64,000 bases of DNA, taken from NCBI GenBank assembly GCA_043228905.1, contig JBHGNT010000105.1:1-64000 (forward strand), written 5' to 3'. Below the pieces are notes generated by a model. That model ran no database searches, had not been told where the DNA came from, and saw only the letters and a program-made list of their open reading frames with translations. The stretch is from Azolla caroliniana. Lineage: Eukaryota; Plantae; Polypodiophyta. Positions 13,908 to 27,469 of the stretch are shown here, one piece after another. Position 1 is the stretch's first letter; every line of letters begins with the position of its first letter. The position numbers and the translations under genes were made by a program.

Positions 13908-16900
13908 ATGTGGACATTCCTTTCTTCTTACATCTTGCATACAAGTTTGTTTTTCCTTGTGCCATTAGCTTGTTGGTTGTTACTGGTAAGATCTAGTTGT
14001 TTGGATTGGAAGATTCATTGGGGGCTAGTCGCTAGATCACAATTTGAAAATTTTGATGTTTAGAAGTACACATAAACGCGTGATAAAAAGAGTGGAATAA
14101 GTGTATTGATTGGCCGTCATTGAAACTTGTTTCGTAAGCAATCAATTGCCTCAACCAATAACAGACATTTAGAAAGTAGTTCTTCAAAATGCTTGTCACC
14201 ACATTTGTTAACGCAAGGATATTGAATTTCTAGTTACATCAACAGGTATAAGTTCCATAATTGAACTTTTGTAGCTTTGAAAAGCTGGTTTGCAAGTGTA
14301 AGTTTTAACTTTTAATCATATAATAATTTCTTAAGAGTTTAAAGTGCAATAATATGCGGGGGCCTTAATAACGACAAAATTAAACGCTTACACATAACTA
14401 TTAGGTTGGTTCCCATCACATCAATCTTCAATCAAAATATATACATATGAAAGCTCGCAAATCACTATAATCATATTGATTGCACTACTTTTGATGTGTT
14501 GGCCGTTGTAATATATAAATACAAACAATGCACCAATCCATAGTGTTATAACTTGAAAATGCAAAAGATGCACCATACCCACAATGTGAATTGGAACAAA
14601 CATTTCTTTAAACCTATCCTTTATGATGTTTTCTAATGTTACAGAGGTGGTTGAAAGCAAGAATATAAATGTGATCAATGAGCACCAACAATCAATTGCA
14701 TGGATATTTTGTTGTCATCGTTGATTGGGTATTGGCTTTTACCATCCATAAGCATTAATGTTATATCACATTATCACATTAATACTCATGTCTTCATAAA
14801 TTGGGCATGAATTATAAAATAATTTTCTTGTCATATCCAATTTCTTGTTCTAGATTAGTGCTTTAAACCATATGTATTGCAAAGGGTGCTCATTCTTTGA
14901 AATGACCATTAGTTGCAAAACATTGAATTCATAAGTGATTCAAATGTATGTCAAGTTGAAGGACAAACTTTTGCATGAGTGAGAATTCTACGTATTCACT
15001 TCATGTAAATTTGAAAATCTAGTTGTGATTATTCTAAATGCAAAAGAGGTATTTGTCACTTGGTTTTCATCTACTATTGAAGGTCACACATGCAAAGCAA
15101 TACAAGTTAATGTAACAACTTGTCTAGTAAGTCATAATCTTAAATAATCTCATGTTTATTCTTTAAAGAAATACCATGGCAACATTAAACAAACTTGTGT
15201 AATACATATGTGTTTAAGTAATAATCATAAATAATTGCCACTTAAAGCATTTATCCATTGAGGCATCTCCTATGCAACGTAAGCACATAATCCCAGAATT
15301 TATATTGGCTAAATCCTTTAAAGGATCTTGGTGCATTGGCTATCCTAGTAGGCCGTTACATTTTTTGACATTGCATGCTTTCTATATGCATGCATGCTCA
15401 CACACCCACGCACCTACACAAACATGTGTGCTCTAGCCCGATCAAGCTCTCGAAATACATATTTTATTAAATAGTCATATTTGTAAAATCTCAAGATCCA
15501 CTAAGGTGAATCCTTGCCAAGAAATGTTCAAAAAAAAAACTTTGTGATCTTTTTATAAACAAATAAATTCTCTTTCAAGTTACCATTGAGTGGTCAATAT
15601 ATTTTTACGTCGATTGATGCATTTGAATAGGAATTTGAGTGCCCATTCCAATGGAAAATGGTATAAGCTATTGGTCGTACAAAAAAACCCCATTACTGTA
15701 GCTATAGATTATCTTGTAATAATTATGATGTTGAGATATTTTATGTAGATCAATGTGGTATGAATCTTCAGGAACCACACCATCTTTTAAACAAAGTTTT
15801 CATATGCTATGCAATATTTATTGCAAGATGGTTAGGGTTCATGTATGGAAATGATCATGTTTGTACAATGTCGATATTGAGACGTCTAAAGTCTCAAATG
15901 CATGTTTTCTAATTGCAAGCATATGCAAATTAATTGCAACAAATAAGAGATAAGGTTTTAAACTATATGGTCTTGTTGCTTCATTCCTTTCATAAACCAA
16001 AGATGGATATCTCATCCTTTCATAAACCAAATATGCATATGCAAATTTGGTTACGTTTTGGACCTTTTGAGGTTATTTAAAAAATGCTTTGAAAAATGTT
16101 GTGCTATTGAACTTCGTATCGTGACTGCCGTGATGATACATACAACAAAAGTGATAAACAATTAACAAAATAGGAATAGGTCAATATCATCCCATTATAA
16201 GCTTCTCCTCCCATTATAAAAATAGTCTAAAACTTTCTCCTCCCATTACAAGCTAACTAAGGGTACAAGTGTATAAGGAAAATAAAAGTTCATTCTATGG
16301 AATAGTGTTAGTTTTAGGGAATTGGTGGAGGGTGGGATAAATAAGTTGTAAGATTAGAAATGTTCAATGATGACTTAGGAAGATACAAAGGTAGAGTTTT
16401 AGGTTCATTTGTCTTCCATGTTTGGTTGTTACAACCCCAAGCATCGACTGGAAGGTGCATTATGCCTCCTTGTCCCTTACTTTGGCCACATACTTGTTGT
16501 CATATGTTCCTCTATCTCAATGAGTCTATCCTCATTTGCTCATCGTAGAGATGTCGTTTGTGTTGTCTCAATGTTCTATTTAGAAGGGGCTAGCCTTCTT
16601 CCTAAACAACTTATATAGGGGAGTTAAAGATAATTTAGCATTAGATAATATGAAATTGACTAAACATACATCCCATATAGGAATACTTGGAATACCAACT
16701 ATCTTTGTCCATCATTTCATCAAGGTGCATATATATTCTCCCTACAAGACTTGATGTATTTCATCAAGTCTACGTTCCTACTAGCTAGAGAGTGTGTGTG
16801 AGAGATTTTGAGAATGCAAGTTGTTGTAGAAATGTAAATCGATAAAAAAATAAAATCACAAAACATGGTTAAAAGTAAACCATAAAAAGTGATCCTAAAA

Positions 16901-19713
16901 CTTAAAGGGGGGACAAATGCAAATCAATGGCCAATGTGCTCCATTATGTATCGTTTTTCTTGATCTATGGACTAAAGCAAAATAAAAGAATAGTCCTAGC
17001 TTAATGTTGCTAGGAGAATTGAAGTTAGTATACTTCATTATAATATATATGATAGAAAAGCTATCATGCAACCCATTTGGCATGCCTAGCTTGTACATGA
17101 TGTGTTCAACTTTATTACAAACGTAGTGAAAGATAATTATGTTGTATATGACTAAAACAATTCACTACTTTGTATTTCAAATGCATACATGGTGGTGTTA
17201 CACTACCTTTGTCATTGTAATCATCAACCATTATTGTTTTTTTTTACCACTATAATAGAGCCAATAATATTGATTCCCTCAAGATTGCATTGTACGTAGG
17301 TTAGTAAGCTTGTTGTCACTAATCTCCATGTTGGGAAGCTAGAAAGTGGAATGAATTGGGATCTATATTGCCAAAATGTGATCCACGGCATATACAATAG
17401 ATTTGATATCGAACCCCGAGGAATGGAATCTAGAAAGCACCTAATGTTTCAAGTGACAATCTAACTCAAAGACTGTTTGAAATATGGATACGTTTTTCTT
17501 TATCAACATGTGTGGTTCACAATATTCCATAAGGACCCGTTGCATAGTTGGATAAAGTGAGTTGGCTTTACTCAAGACTCCTTTCATAGTATAGTCACAT
17601 TTCAACTTTTCACTTTCAACATACATTGCGGAATGAGATTTAAAGACTTATAATTCGTTCTATCCAAGTTTCCATGTTTGACTTTCAATGGATTCAGTTG
17701 GAATGAAAATATGAGATATCAACGAAATTTGGATCAGATTTAATGCAAACATGATTGTAGGAACGAAATCATGAACAAAGACCATGACCTGAAAATCAAT
17801 TTGTGAAACCAATGACAATGTTTGCAAATAAATGATGGACATATTAGTTCCTTGTACACTAAGCAAATATGTTTTTGTACAGAAAAGACACGTCTGTTAA
17901 AAATGATGAGCATCTTGAAGGTTCCAATCCCTATTGGGCTTCTCATTCTTACTTTGGCTAGTTTCTTGCATATGTGTGTACACTCGACTCTACCTAGGTT
18001 TTCTTTTGATTCTTGATGCATGTGCTCACGATTCTCTATTAGTCTAGATTTAACTTGCATAAGTTGAGTAACATTTGTAATCTTAAAAATGTCATTTAAT
18101 TCATTAGACTTTTAATACATGCACATAATCACACACAACTCTTGAGATTGCTCGTGTAGTCTTGATATATGAAATGGTTCACATTCTCATAGACCTTGCC
18201 GATTCTCAGCATTGTTGTAGGCATCTTTAATAACATTAAGAATTTTTATGTTCGGTCATACATTTGATGGTCAAGGAATGGTTTGGCATGAAACTTATGT
18301 ATTCGATCATGAGTTTATCGATTCGACAATAAAAGTACAAAGGCTTTGGCATTTCTTTTTTGTTGTTGTTTTTTGCAATCTTTAGTAATTTGTGTAAACT
18401 TAAATCGGCAGTCCAAAATAGCATGTCGAGTTCTCAATCGGGTTCTTACACAACATGAATGTCTTACATGAGTAACGAATGCTTTGATACAAATCATTCT
18501 CTTTTGGGGGATACAATTTACAAAAATCATGTTAGAATAATGAAGAAAGAATAATGAAGAAAGGAAACACGTGTGGTAAAAACAAGTATTTGTTTCATTT
18601 TGTTTTTGAGTTCCTTCAAATACACACACAAATTTTAATGCTTGATTATGACACTCGTAAAATTGATCAGTATTTTTGAAATCATGACATCAATATTTTG
18701 AAATTTCTTACCTGATCTGAAAAACAAGGAAGCTTGCTATAAATACCACACTACATCTGTCCCTGTAAAACACATATTGATTCCAAATCACATTTGACAA
18801 TCACGGAAAAATATTTCTACAATAAAGTTTCGATGAAATGCATGCACCTCAATATATTCACATTGTATAACATATCCGAACAAATAACCCGATTAAAGAA
18901 GAGTCACTAAACCAGACTCGTGCAATATCAAATTTAACATCCATAGCTTACACACACACATTTAGCCTTTTGAAAGGATTACTGAAATACAACATTAAAG
19001 CCAATATGACACATCAAGCAAACAAATAAACTAACATTGAAGTAAGTATAAATGTTTACAATATTAGAAACATCTCTTGTATCACAAATAGATTGTCAGT
19101 CATGCTAGTTTCTATGTTGATATCTTATATTGTTTGCAACACAAATCTTGCAAATCACATGACATCCCTAAGAAATCTTCTACATGAGAAACAAACATGT
19201 AAACAACATACACAAATGTAAGGAAAACACGGATCACGATTTTAAACACTTTTTAATGATAAATCAAGCTCCTTTTTCATGTGTACAATTGGATATTCAA
19301 GAATATTGAAAATCATGATAATGTTTTGGGATTTTAGAATACAATACTCACATTGAAATTTGGATCCTCTTTATATATAGATAGAAAGCCAATACCCATG
19401 AATAGAAATCTCGTAGAGAGAGAGGGAGAGAGGTACATTATAGTATTGTCTTTGGAGGTCAAATATGACCTATGAGACCAAAGATATTACATTTCACGTT
19501 ATACATGTGAAAGTGAGTAGCGACTCTCGATGTTCAAGAACTTTACCAATGATTGTTGCAATCAAGAGTGCACATTATGGTTGTGAGAGAAATTCGTGCA
19601 AGGATTGGGCTTGGTCAAAGATGTGTGGAAAGCATGGTTGAATATGATCACAAGCAGAGCATTGTATCAAAGTGTGATATTCAATCTCTCGAACCTGTTT
19701 AGGGCAAAGTGAG

Positions 19714-19715
<2 letters not shown>

Positions 19716-19796
<81 letters not shown>
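19716..19796. repeat. (GA)~40 microsatellite
   Basis: Uninterrupted AG dinucleotide run. Confidence 0.97.
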
Positions 19797-19797
<1 letters not shown>

Positions 19798-20637
19798 GCA
19801 CGTATAGATATCGTCTGATCTTCAATTTCCTTAAGTTTATCGTGAGGGGTGACAATAGCACTAACACATTCCACACATTTAACCAAACTTGACCTAAACA
19901 AACTTACCTTGGTTAGGATTGAAAACCTAGTTTTAGGCACATACTCCAATTGTGTAGATTTCTTTGGATCAAATAAATTATGTCACCTCTCTAGCTGAAG
20001 AGTTCCTCTCCCTTACCCACATTAACGACAAGAATTTTGACACTATTTGCTAAAACAATACATAGAATCATAGTTTAACGTTCCTACTTGACTTGGTTGG
20101 TATTGGAGTAGCTGCCCTATACAAATGCTGAATTCTTAATATTTATGATTATATGAGTACATTGAATGTTTCTTTGACATCAGTGAGGATTGCTTCTGGC
20201 TTATCTTTGTGAGTATTCACTTAAGTTCTTCTATGCTTTGCACTAACACTTTCTCTCTACTTCTCTGAATTTAATAATGCACCAGGCTCACCATAAGCAT
20301 TGATGCACAGATGAAAAGCCGTTAGTTATACAATAAAAAATTGAACAAAAAACAAAATCGTGAACCAAAATGAATTACAGCCATTTCAAGTGACTGCATT
20401 AAGATTAGACAATTTGAAAAGAATGAAATTCCTCTCGTTCCCCTTTGCAGAGTTTGAAAGTTCTCATTTTCTGTTTGTAGGCTTTAATTTTTTTTATTTC
20501 GATCGAGATACAAAAAAGGTAATTCACGCATAAATTATGCCTCAATGAGAATCTGAGCATTACAAATTGTGAAGTATTTGCCTCCAGGTTCTCAATAAAA
20601 AATATGAATCAGCCATGCCACAACTCTAAAATTGCCT

Positions 20638-23335
20638 TTAGGTCTCATTGCCTTCCAGAGTAGATTCAGAATCTGAAACGTTTAGGTTCAAGGCGGAAGA
20701 TTCTGAACCTTCGGTTTCCGATTCCTCTAGCTCCACAATTGCATCAAAGCCAAAGTCTTTTCCGGCCTTGAACGACCCTGCTAGCTCATCATTTGATTGC
20801 ACTGTCTTGAAATCATTCTTAACTTTGATTCCTTCCTGGATTTGAACCCAGGAGAAATAACAAATCTTTCAGTACAAAGTTGTTAGAAGTCCTATAGAAG
20901 TGTAAATAAAAAAGTACCTTCTCCACATATTCAAGAACAGATGATGTGACTATTTCCTCGACGACGAATTTATCTACAGTTTTCGGACCCATCATTCTAT
21001 ATAAGATTTCTCGTGGAATCTGGGACGATAAAGGAAGTAGTTGGCAAAGAATGCATTAGAAATATGGGGAAGATTAACATATTTGCTTCAGGAAGGTTTA
21101 TTGTAGAACAAATACTTACATCAGGTTTTCCTGCATAGGTTTCAGTTCGCAGCAGTCATAAAAGAGGTTAAGAATTAGTTAGATAAAAAGACAAGGTGAA
21201 ACAAAGCAACCCACACGATTAGAGAAGAGAGAAAGAGAGAAGGGAGAGGCATTGAAAATCAAGCATAAATCATTAAATTAATGGTTATACGAAACGAGAA
21301 AAAGGAAATAGTGTTTTTCTAATTTTTGGTAAGACGAATGAGTAGGCTATAGCAGTGCAATACCTGTACCTTGTTGGATAGGAACCAGATACCTTTAACT
21401 TCCCAAAAATGATGAGAATACCCCTTAGTACTGGAAAACTTTATACAGTGGAGGGGTGTTCTGTAACTTAGGCACATTGTCTTAGTTTTCGATAACTTAA
21501 ATATTGTCCTGGTTATTTTTTGAAACTTAAGGGCATTCTAGCTAATATTAACAAGATCGCAGTATTTTGCTGTTGATCCTTAACAGCTATCACTAGTATT
21601 TGGAGCCCTTGTACCGTAAGCCATAAGTTCAAGTCTCACCCTCGCCACTAAGACACTGCTAAATGAGCACTGCATTGGGGAGGACAAGAAAAGCTGCAAA
21701 GTTTTTGGCCTAACCTCCTTTGAGCTTACGAAACCCTTCAACTGGCGGTGCTGATCTCCTTAAGCTCTCAAGAATTGAATCAAAAGCTTTCCGTGTTGCC
21801 TTGGAATTGAGATTAACAGTTACCTAAATCAGGTCAAGATGGGTCAGCTTCACATTGTAAGGGCAATAAAACAGTGAAAAAGCACATGCGCACACATCAT
21901 CATCATCATCATATAGCTCCCACTTGTTCTCACTTTCAGCTGAGTTGTTCCAACTGGCTCTGAGGTAACTGTAGCATTATTACCAAACCGAATCTTCACA
22001 GTTCGATCCACTTGCCCTGCATGTAGCACAACCCATTTATCAACAAACCACAGGCATGTCTTTTCTAATGAGCAGATTAATAACTAATTTACTAGGTGTT
22101 AACCAAGGCTAGAATATGCTCATTAGCTATTGGATGAGTATAGTCTGAAATGGTAAGATCTGGACAAAAACTGTGATCCTAACATATTGACACAGAAACT
22201 TTGAAGTAAGAAAAGTAATTAGTTGCACTAACCAGTTGATTCGGCGAATGCAATTCCAATTTTCCGATGTGATTTCAATTGGAGATGGTTAAAGGAAAAG
22301 TTTGGAAATCTACAATGAAAAAAGACCAATTTGCACAAGCTACTATAAATACGGAGCTAAAGATATATGGTATTCACACATCATAAGTTTGATTGAACCT
22401 TGCACCTCAATGGTGGAATGAACCCTCTGGAGTAATTCAAATGGCTGTGACTGTGTATGAAACCCATGCATTGTGAGCATCGATCGCTTGATGATGATGC
22501 CTTGAACTGAACCTCGAAGTCGATAAAACCAAACATTTCATCAGTAGATTGCATATGAAGACACACATATACATGCATGCATTTATGCGTGTATAGGTTG
22601 TTCAGTCATAGGTTATCGCCGTATAAAATGTTATCAAGTCTATCCAATTACTGGACCAGCTATATAGATTTGCCAAACATACTATTTTTCTTATTTTCTT
22701 CTCTTACACGTGTTCCAAATAGCCCCTTTTATGATATGTGTAACCGTTCCTGAGCAGCTTGTACCAAGGGAGCATTTGTTTTACAATCATCTTTCTTAAG
22801 AATTCCACATAGCTCTTTCCGTGATATAGTGGTAAACTCTATATAGTTGGAGCCTGGTTATCTCACATTATAATTTATAAATGTGCAAAACAAACTTTAC
22901 GCAAGCTATATGTGTATGCAAAATACCTTCTTCCCCAGTTGGTCTGTGGGGTTATTCGGATTTTAGGAAGTTAAGTCCACGAGTTTGTTTTAGGCACAGT
23001 CTCTAGGCATGTATGGGTTTGTAAGATCAGTATCCCCATTCGTGGAGATACGTTTGTAAGGCTCCAAGAAAAGGCCTTTTGATGGACATTCACTAAATCC
23101 TTCAAATGGTGATGGCACAGTAAATAGCTTAAATTTCGATTCCAGATTTTCGATGTAAGGTTTAAGCATTCGAAATACCTATTTATGTATATTGAGAGCA
23201 GTTCATCTTTTCATCTTTTCATGAATAAACTTTGGGGTTGAGGTAGAAGCTACAGAGACAGAGGATTTTGTGGAAGGAGGTGGTATAAGCACATACCTGG
23301 CATGTGGTAAGAGGGAGGGGGAGGATGGCAGCCAT
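20638..23335 (-). CDS. Plastid trigger-factor-like protein, N-terminal ribosome-binding domain only (~239 aa, 8 exons)
   Basis: Exons 23335-23297, 22506-22406, 22309-22233, 22016-21934, 21823-21715, 21130-21120 (11 nt), 21019-20918 and 20835-20638 are phase-consistent (720 nt). The signature ATRKAFDSILESLRRSAPPVEGFRKLKGGKPDIPREILYRMMG contains the trigger-factor GFRxxK ribosome-binding motif. The N-terminus is Ser-rich and transit-peptide-like. The first two exon boundaries are less certain. Confidence 0.85.
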
Positions 23336-24051
23336 GGCTAGAGCAGCAGAAGGAACAGGAACGGAGCGTCGTCGACCATGGCCATGGAAGAAGGCCTTCT
23401 TTCTTAGATAATGCACAACGTTTTCCTAAATTACAGGGACTACCCTCCCTCCCCTGGAAGCGTCTCTATGTAATTGCCGGGACTGCCCTTCCACACCCTC
23501 AGCCTAATGCACCTAATGAACATGATTAATTCAAAGAAAAGCAAGCACGTACATATACATATGGTTGCCATCTCTCTTTACTCCCAATTCTACTACACAC
23601 ATGTTCTACTTTAGGCCGCCATACATATGTATACCATACCTAACAATGACTTTGAAATTCCTAATGCATATCTCCAAACAATCGGTGGGCTACCGATCCA
23701 TATACCGAAGAGAGTGCCATAATCACAATCATCGATAATAGTGATGCATACCCCTTATAATCCCCACTTCCTACTAATAATATGTACCATTGCTTCCATT
23801 TGGCTAAGCTCACAATCCATTCTATGCAAGTGGGGATATCGCGGCACCATTATAATCCATAGCCCAAGCATGTTTATGAATCCAACTATAGAACTCCCGA
23901 CCGGTTGTCAAAGCAATGTGGACTCTTCGCTAGTAAATTCCTCGAGAGCCATACGCAATGTTTTACGTGGTGTTATCCCTTGGTTCACAAATACGATCGT
24001 CTCTTGTCGTCGAGCTATGGAAATTGCATATGTATATCTCTTTGAAATCGC

Positions 24052-27000
24052 ATGACTGAAAATAAGGTTCCATCGTGTTCACACCAGCCCACCCTCCATG
24101 TTCTGTTCTACTGCTGTGTCCGGCCGGGCAACCAACAAACTCCCCCTCCTCCTCCACCCACGCAGGAAACACATCCTTTTGTTATTATTGCTACCACGGG
24201 AATGCTTCAATTATCCTCCTCCTCCTCCTCCTCCTTTTCGCGCGTGCAACAGAACAGAAACTCAGAGACATCCCTCCCTGAAAGTGATGGTAATGAGTTG
24301 TAATGATAACCCAACCTTTTTTTTCCCCAATGTGAAGGCATCTCATTTAGATGAGGCCGAATGGGTCATTCCCCCTCTCATCGCCATCTCTAGACATGCA
24401 ATTCTCCTTGGATACTCTGTAAGTGCCCTTATATCCTTCTTCTTCTTTTCTCTTTAGTTTAGCTGCATTTCGAGCATGTGTTTTCCTGTCATTTCTGTCG
24501 CGTATTGATCTTCCCAAAACTTAGAAGAACATAAGCTCAGGTTAGATAGTGGCAACTCTTTATTCATATCAAATATAAAAATATATATGTTTTGAAAATA
24601 ATGCATTTGGTTGGATTATTGCATATACATTCGATTATAGATACATTTGTGCATTATCACCATCGTTCATGAGATGTGTGTTTTGCTATTTGATGTGAAT
24701 TTTGCTTCTATTTACAGTCATTTCGAATGAATCATGTGCTTTTTGGAGGGCACTTTTTGCATAGATTAAAATCAGAAAGAAACAAATTCTGATCATTTTT
24801 ATTTATACCCTATGATAACGGTGTTCCTTCTTTTTGTGCATACAGTTTTGCTAATTAACTCAATTATATGCATTTCAGGTTATGTTTTCTGTTTTAGCCA
24901 TTGTTTCCTTGGCCGTGGTTTTCATCCTCACTAGAAAAACATGTTATGGGCAAGGACAGATATTCAGTTCATGATCATTTATTTTAGTCAAAATAAATGA
25001 CTGAAACGTGGGCAGAGAATAATCCATATGCTCAAACATCAGAAAGCATGGAGCAATTACTAAAAGATGAACATGTATGTCATCATGTTTTCCCTATCAT
25101 GTGCAAAACTTGTCTCGAATGATTCGGCTTTACCAAGACACTTCTCATCAGATTAAACTTTTCTTTTTCCAGTTTGAAAATATAAATGGTACAAAATTGA
25201 GGAATTCTGACTGTGATAAAAGCAATATTACTGATATCAAGGTAGACAAAATAATGAAAAATCCCCAAAATTAATGTTTTCTCTTATTGAGAAAAGCAAA
25301 TTGTTAAGTCAAATAATTTTAATATATCATATAAAAAATTAAAAAGATGGTGTTGTTTTGTGTGCATCAAATATAAAACATGATAATATGCATGGGTCTT
25401 GTAGGTGCTCAGAAGGCTTGCTCAGAATAGGGAAGCCGCTCGTAAGAGTCGTCTCCGGAAGAAGGTTTGATGACTGGAATTGATTACTTACTGAGCTTTG
25501 GTATGATTGGTTATTGTGCGTTGATATGGACCATCTTTATTCTAGGCATATGTTCAACAATTGGAATCAAATAGACTGAAGTTAAATCAACTCGAGCAAG
25601 AGGTTGATCGGGTTCGTCACCAGGTATAGGAACATGAATAGTCAGAAAACTTTTCAATCATCTCAGCATAAATGAACACAAGCGTAAACTTGGTTTTGCA
25701 GATGAAACTTTTAAGGATAAACCAATGTGGAATGTCAAGTATTCACTAAGCATACATGATCGGAAAATTTTATATGCTATAAAACTTTAGAAATCTTTTT
25801 GTAAGTTTGGGCATGCCTACCTAAAAATATTTCTCTTGAAAAATAGCCAAAACTTTTTGAAACCCTTGGAAAGATAGCCATTTGGTGAAATATTAATATC
25901 TTTCGCTTCTTTTCATCAGACTCTTCCTTTGTCTAAATGATAACTAAGACTCCTTAAGACCTCAGGGAAATCATGCAAACGGAGATATTTGCAGCCGATC
26001 AATGAATGCAGGTATTACTCCATTTCTTTGGACAGCTAATTATCGATATATGGGATGGTTATTGGTTTGTTATATACAATGGTAACCTATCCCTTTTCAT
26101 TGAGAGGCAGAACGATATGAACCCAAGTCTTAAGGATTATGAAACATATAACTTACCACTAGAATACAATCCCAATACTATTAGAAAAACGACAAATAAA
26201 GATGTGTCTTTTGTCTATTAAAGGCCAAAATCAGCCTACGAGACAAAACATAGACGTGTGTATGTTGCCTACGTTTCCAAAAACATTGTAATGTGAGCAT
26301 TGCTCAAATTTGAAAGAGAGATAGTGTTAACATCCACAGAAGATTGATACGATCTGTGAAATGGGGCCAAGCCCACGTTCGGGATTGAACTTAATTTCCC
26401 AAAATTTTATGTCTTTTGGTGCTATTATGGACACCACCAAGCCAAAACCAACAGCCACAAAAATAGGTATATTTATGTAAATAGCTATGCTGTATCAGGA
26501 ACTGCTGCCTTCAACATGGATTATGCACATTGGGTGGAGGAGCATATCAGAAAGCTTTCGGAACTTAGAGCTGCATTAGCAAATAATTATGCAGGCGATG
26601 CTGAATTGCGTTGTCATGTAGATAGTATTGTAGGCCACTATGATAAACTCTTCCGATTCAAGGGAATTGCAGTGAAATCAGATGTTTTCCATGTGATGTC
26701 TGGCATGTGGAAAACACCCACAGAGCGATGTTTTATGTGGATGGGTGGATTTCGGCCTTCTGAACTCCTTAAGGTGTGTCAATTCATTTATAAGTACTTT
26801 TGCATGCAGATGTATGTACCTGTAAATGTATGTATATACGTATTCTTATATATCCCACATTTCCTTTTTCTTTTTAGTTTTCCATGCGTGGAAGTTTTTA
26901 CATGTTTGAGCTAAAACATTAGGTGAACCCATTTGGTACATCAAAGAAAAATCTCTAATTTTAGGAATAATGTAATGGCTTGAATCAGATGGTTAATCCT

Positions 27001-27469
27001 GAGCTTCAGCCGCTCACTGAAAAGCAACAGCTAACAATATGCAACTTACAACAATTCTCTCAACAAGCTGAGGATGCCCTCTCTCAAAGTATGGAGACAC
27101 TTCAACAAAATCTGGCCGATACATTATCAGCTGGTTCACAAGAGGTTCACAATGTTGCAAATTATATGGGCCAGATGTCAATGGCCATGGGGAAACTCAG
27201 TACATTAGAAAATTTTGTCCGACAGGTTGTCGTCATGTCATTTGGATTTCTTACATTGTTGTACAACCATATGGATTTGTTTATCTTTTTAATTCTTAGT
27301 ATGACTAATGAATCTTCAATAGGCGGACAATCTCCAGCACCAGATGTTGCATCAACTGCATCTTATTTTGACACCACGACAATCAGCAAAGGGTTTGGTA
27401 GCACTCGGAGATTATTTCTCACGTTTACGTGCCTTGAGCTCTCTTTGGATTGCCCGACCTCAAGATTAA
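24052..27469 (+). CDS. TGA: TGA-family bZIP transcription factor (bZIP + DOG1 domain)
   Basis: Confident exons: 25173-25241, 25405-25464 (VLRRLAQNREAARKSRLRKK), 25546-25623 (AYVQQLESNRLKLNQLEQE), 25966-26011, 26499-26773 (KSDVFHVMSGMWKTPTERCFMWMGGFRPSELLK), 26989-27225 and 27323-27469 (DYFSRLRALSSLWIARPQD*). The 5' exons are uncertain. One in-frame option is ATG at 24052 or 24202 to the donor at 24289, joined to 25016-25074. Confidence 0.93.
26368..26457 (-). mobile_element. Possible tRNA-derived SINE head in a TGA intron
   Basis: Minus strand has an A-box-like TGGCTTGGTGG (26444-26434) and a B-box GTTCAATCCC (26390-26381) about 45 nt apart. I could not find a cloverleaf or target-site duplication. 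Confidence 0.3.

Noticed and set aside
22927-23178. 252-nt AG/GT-bounded segment in trigger-factor intron 1
   Set aside because: It contains two in-frame TAA stops and is not needed for the model; a poison exon cannot be supported without RNA data.
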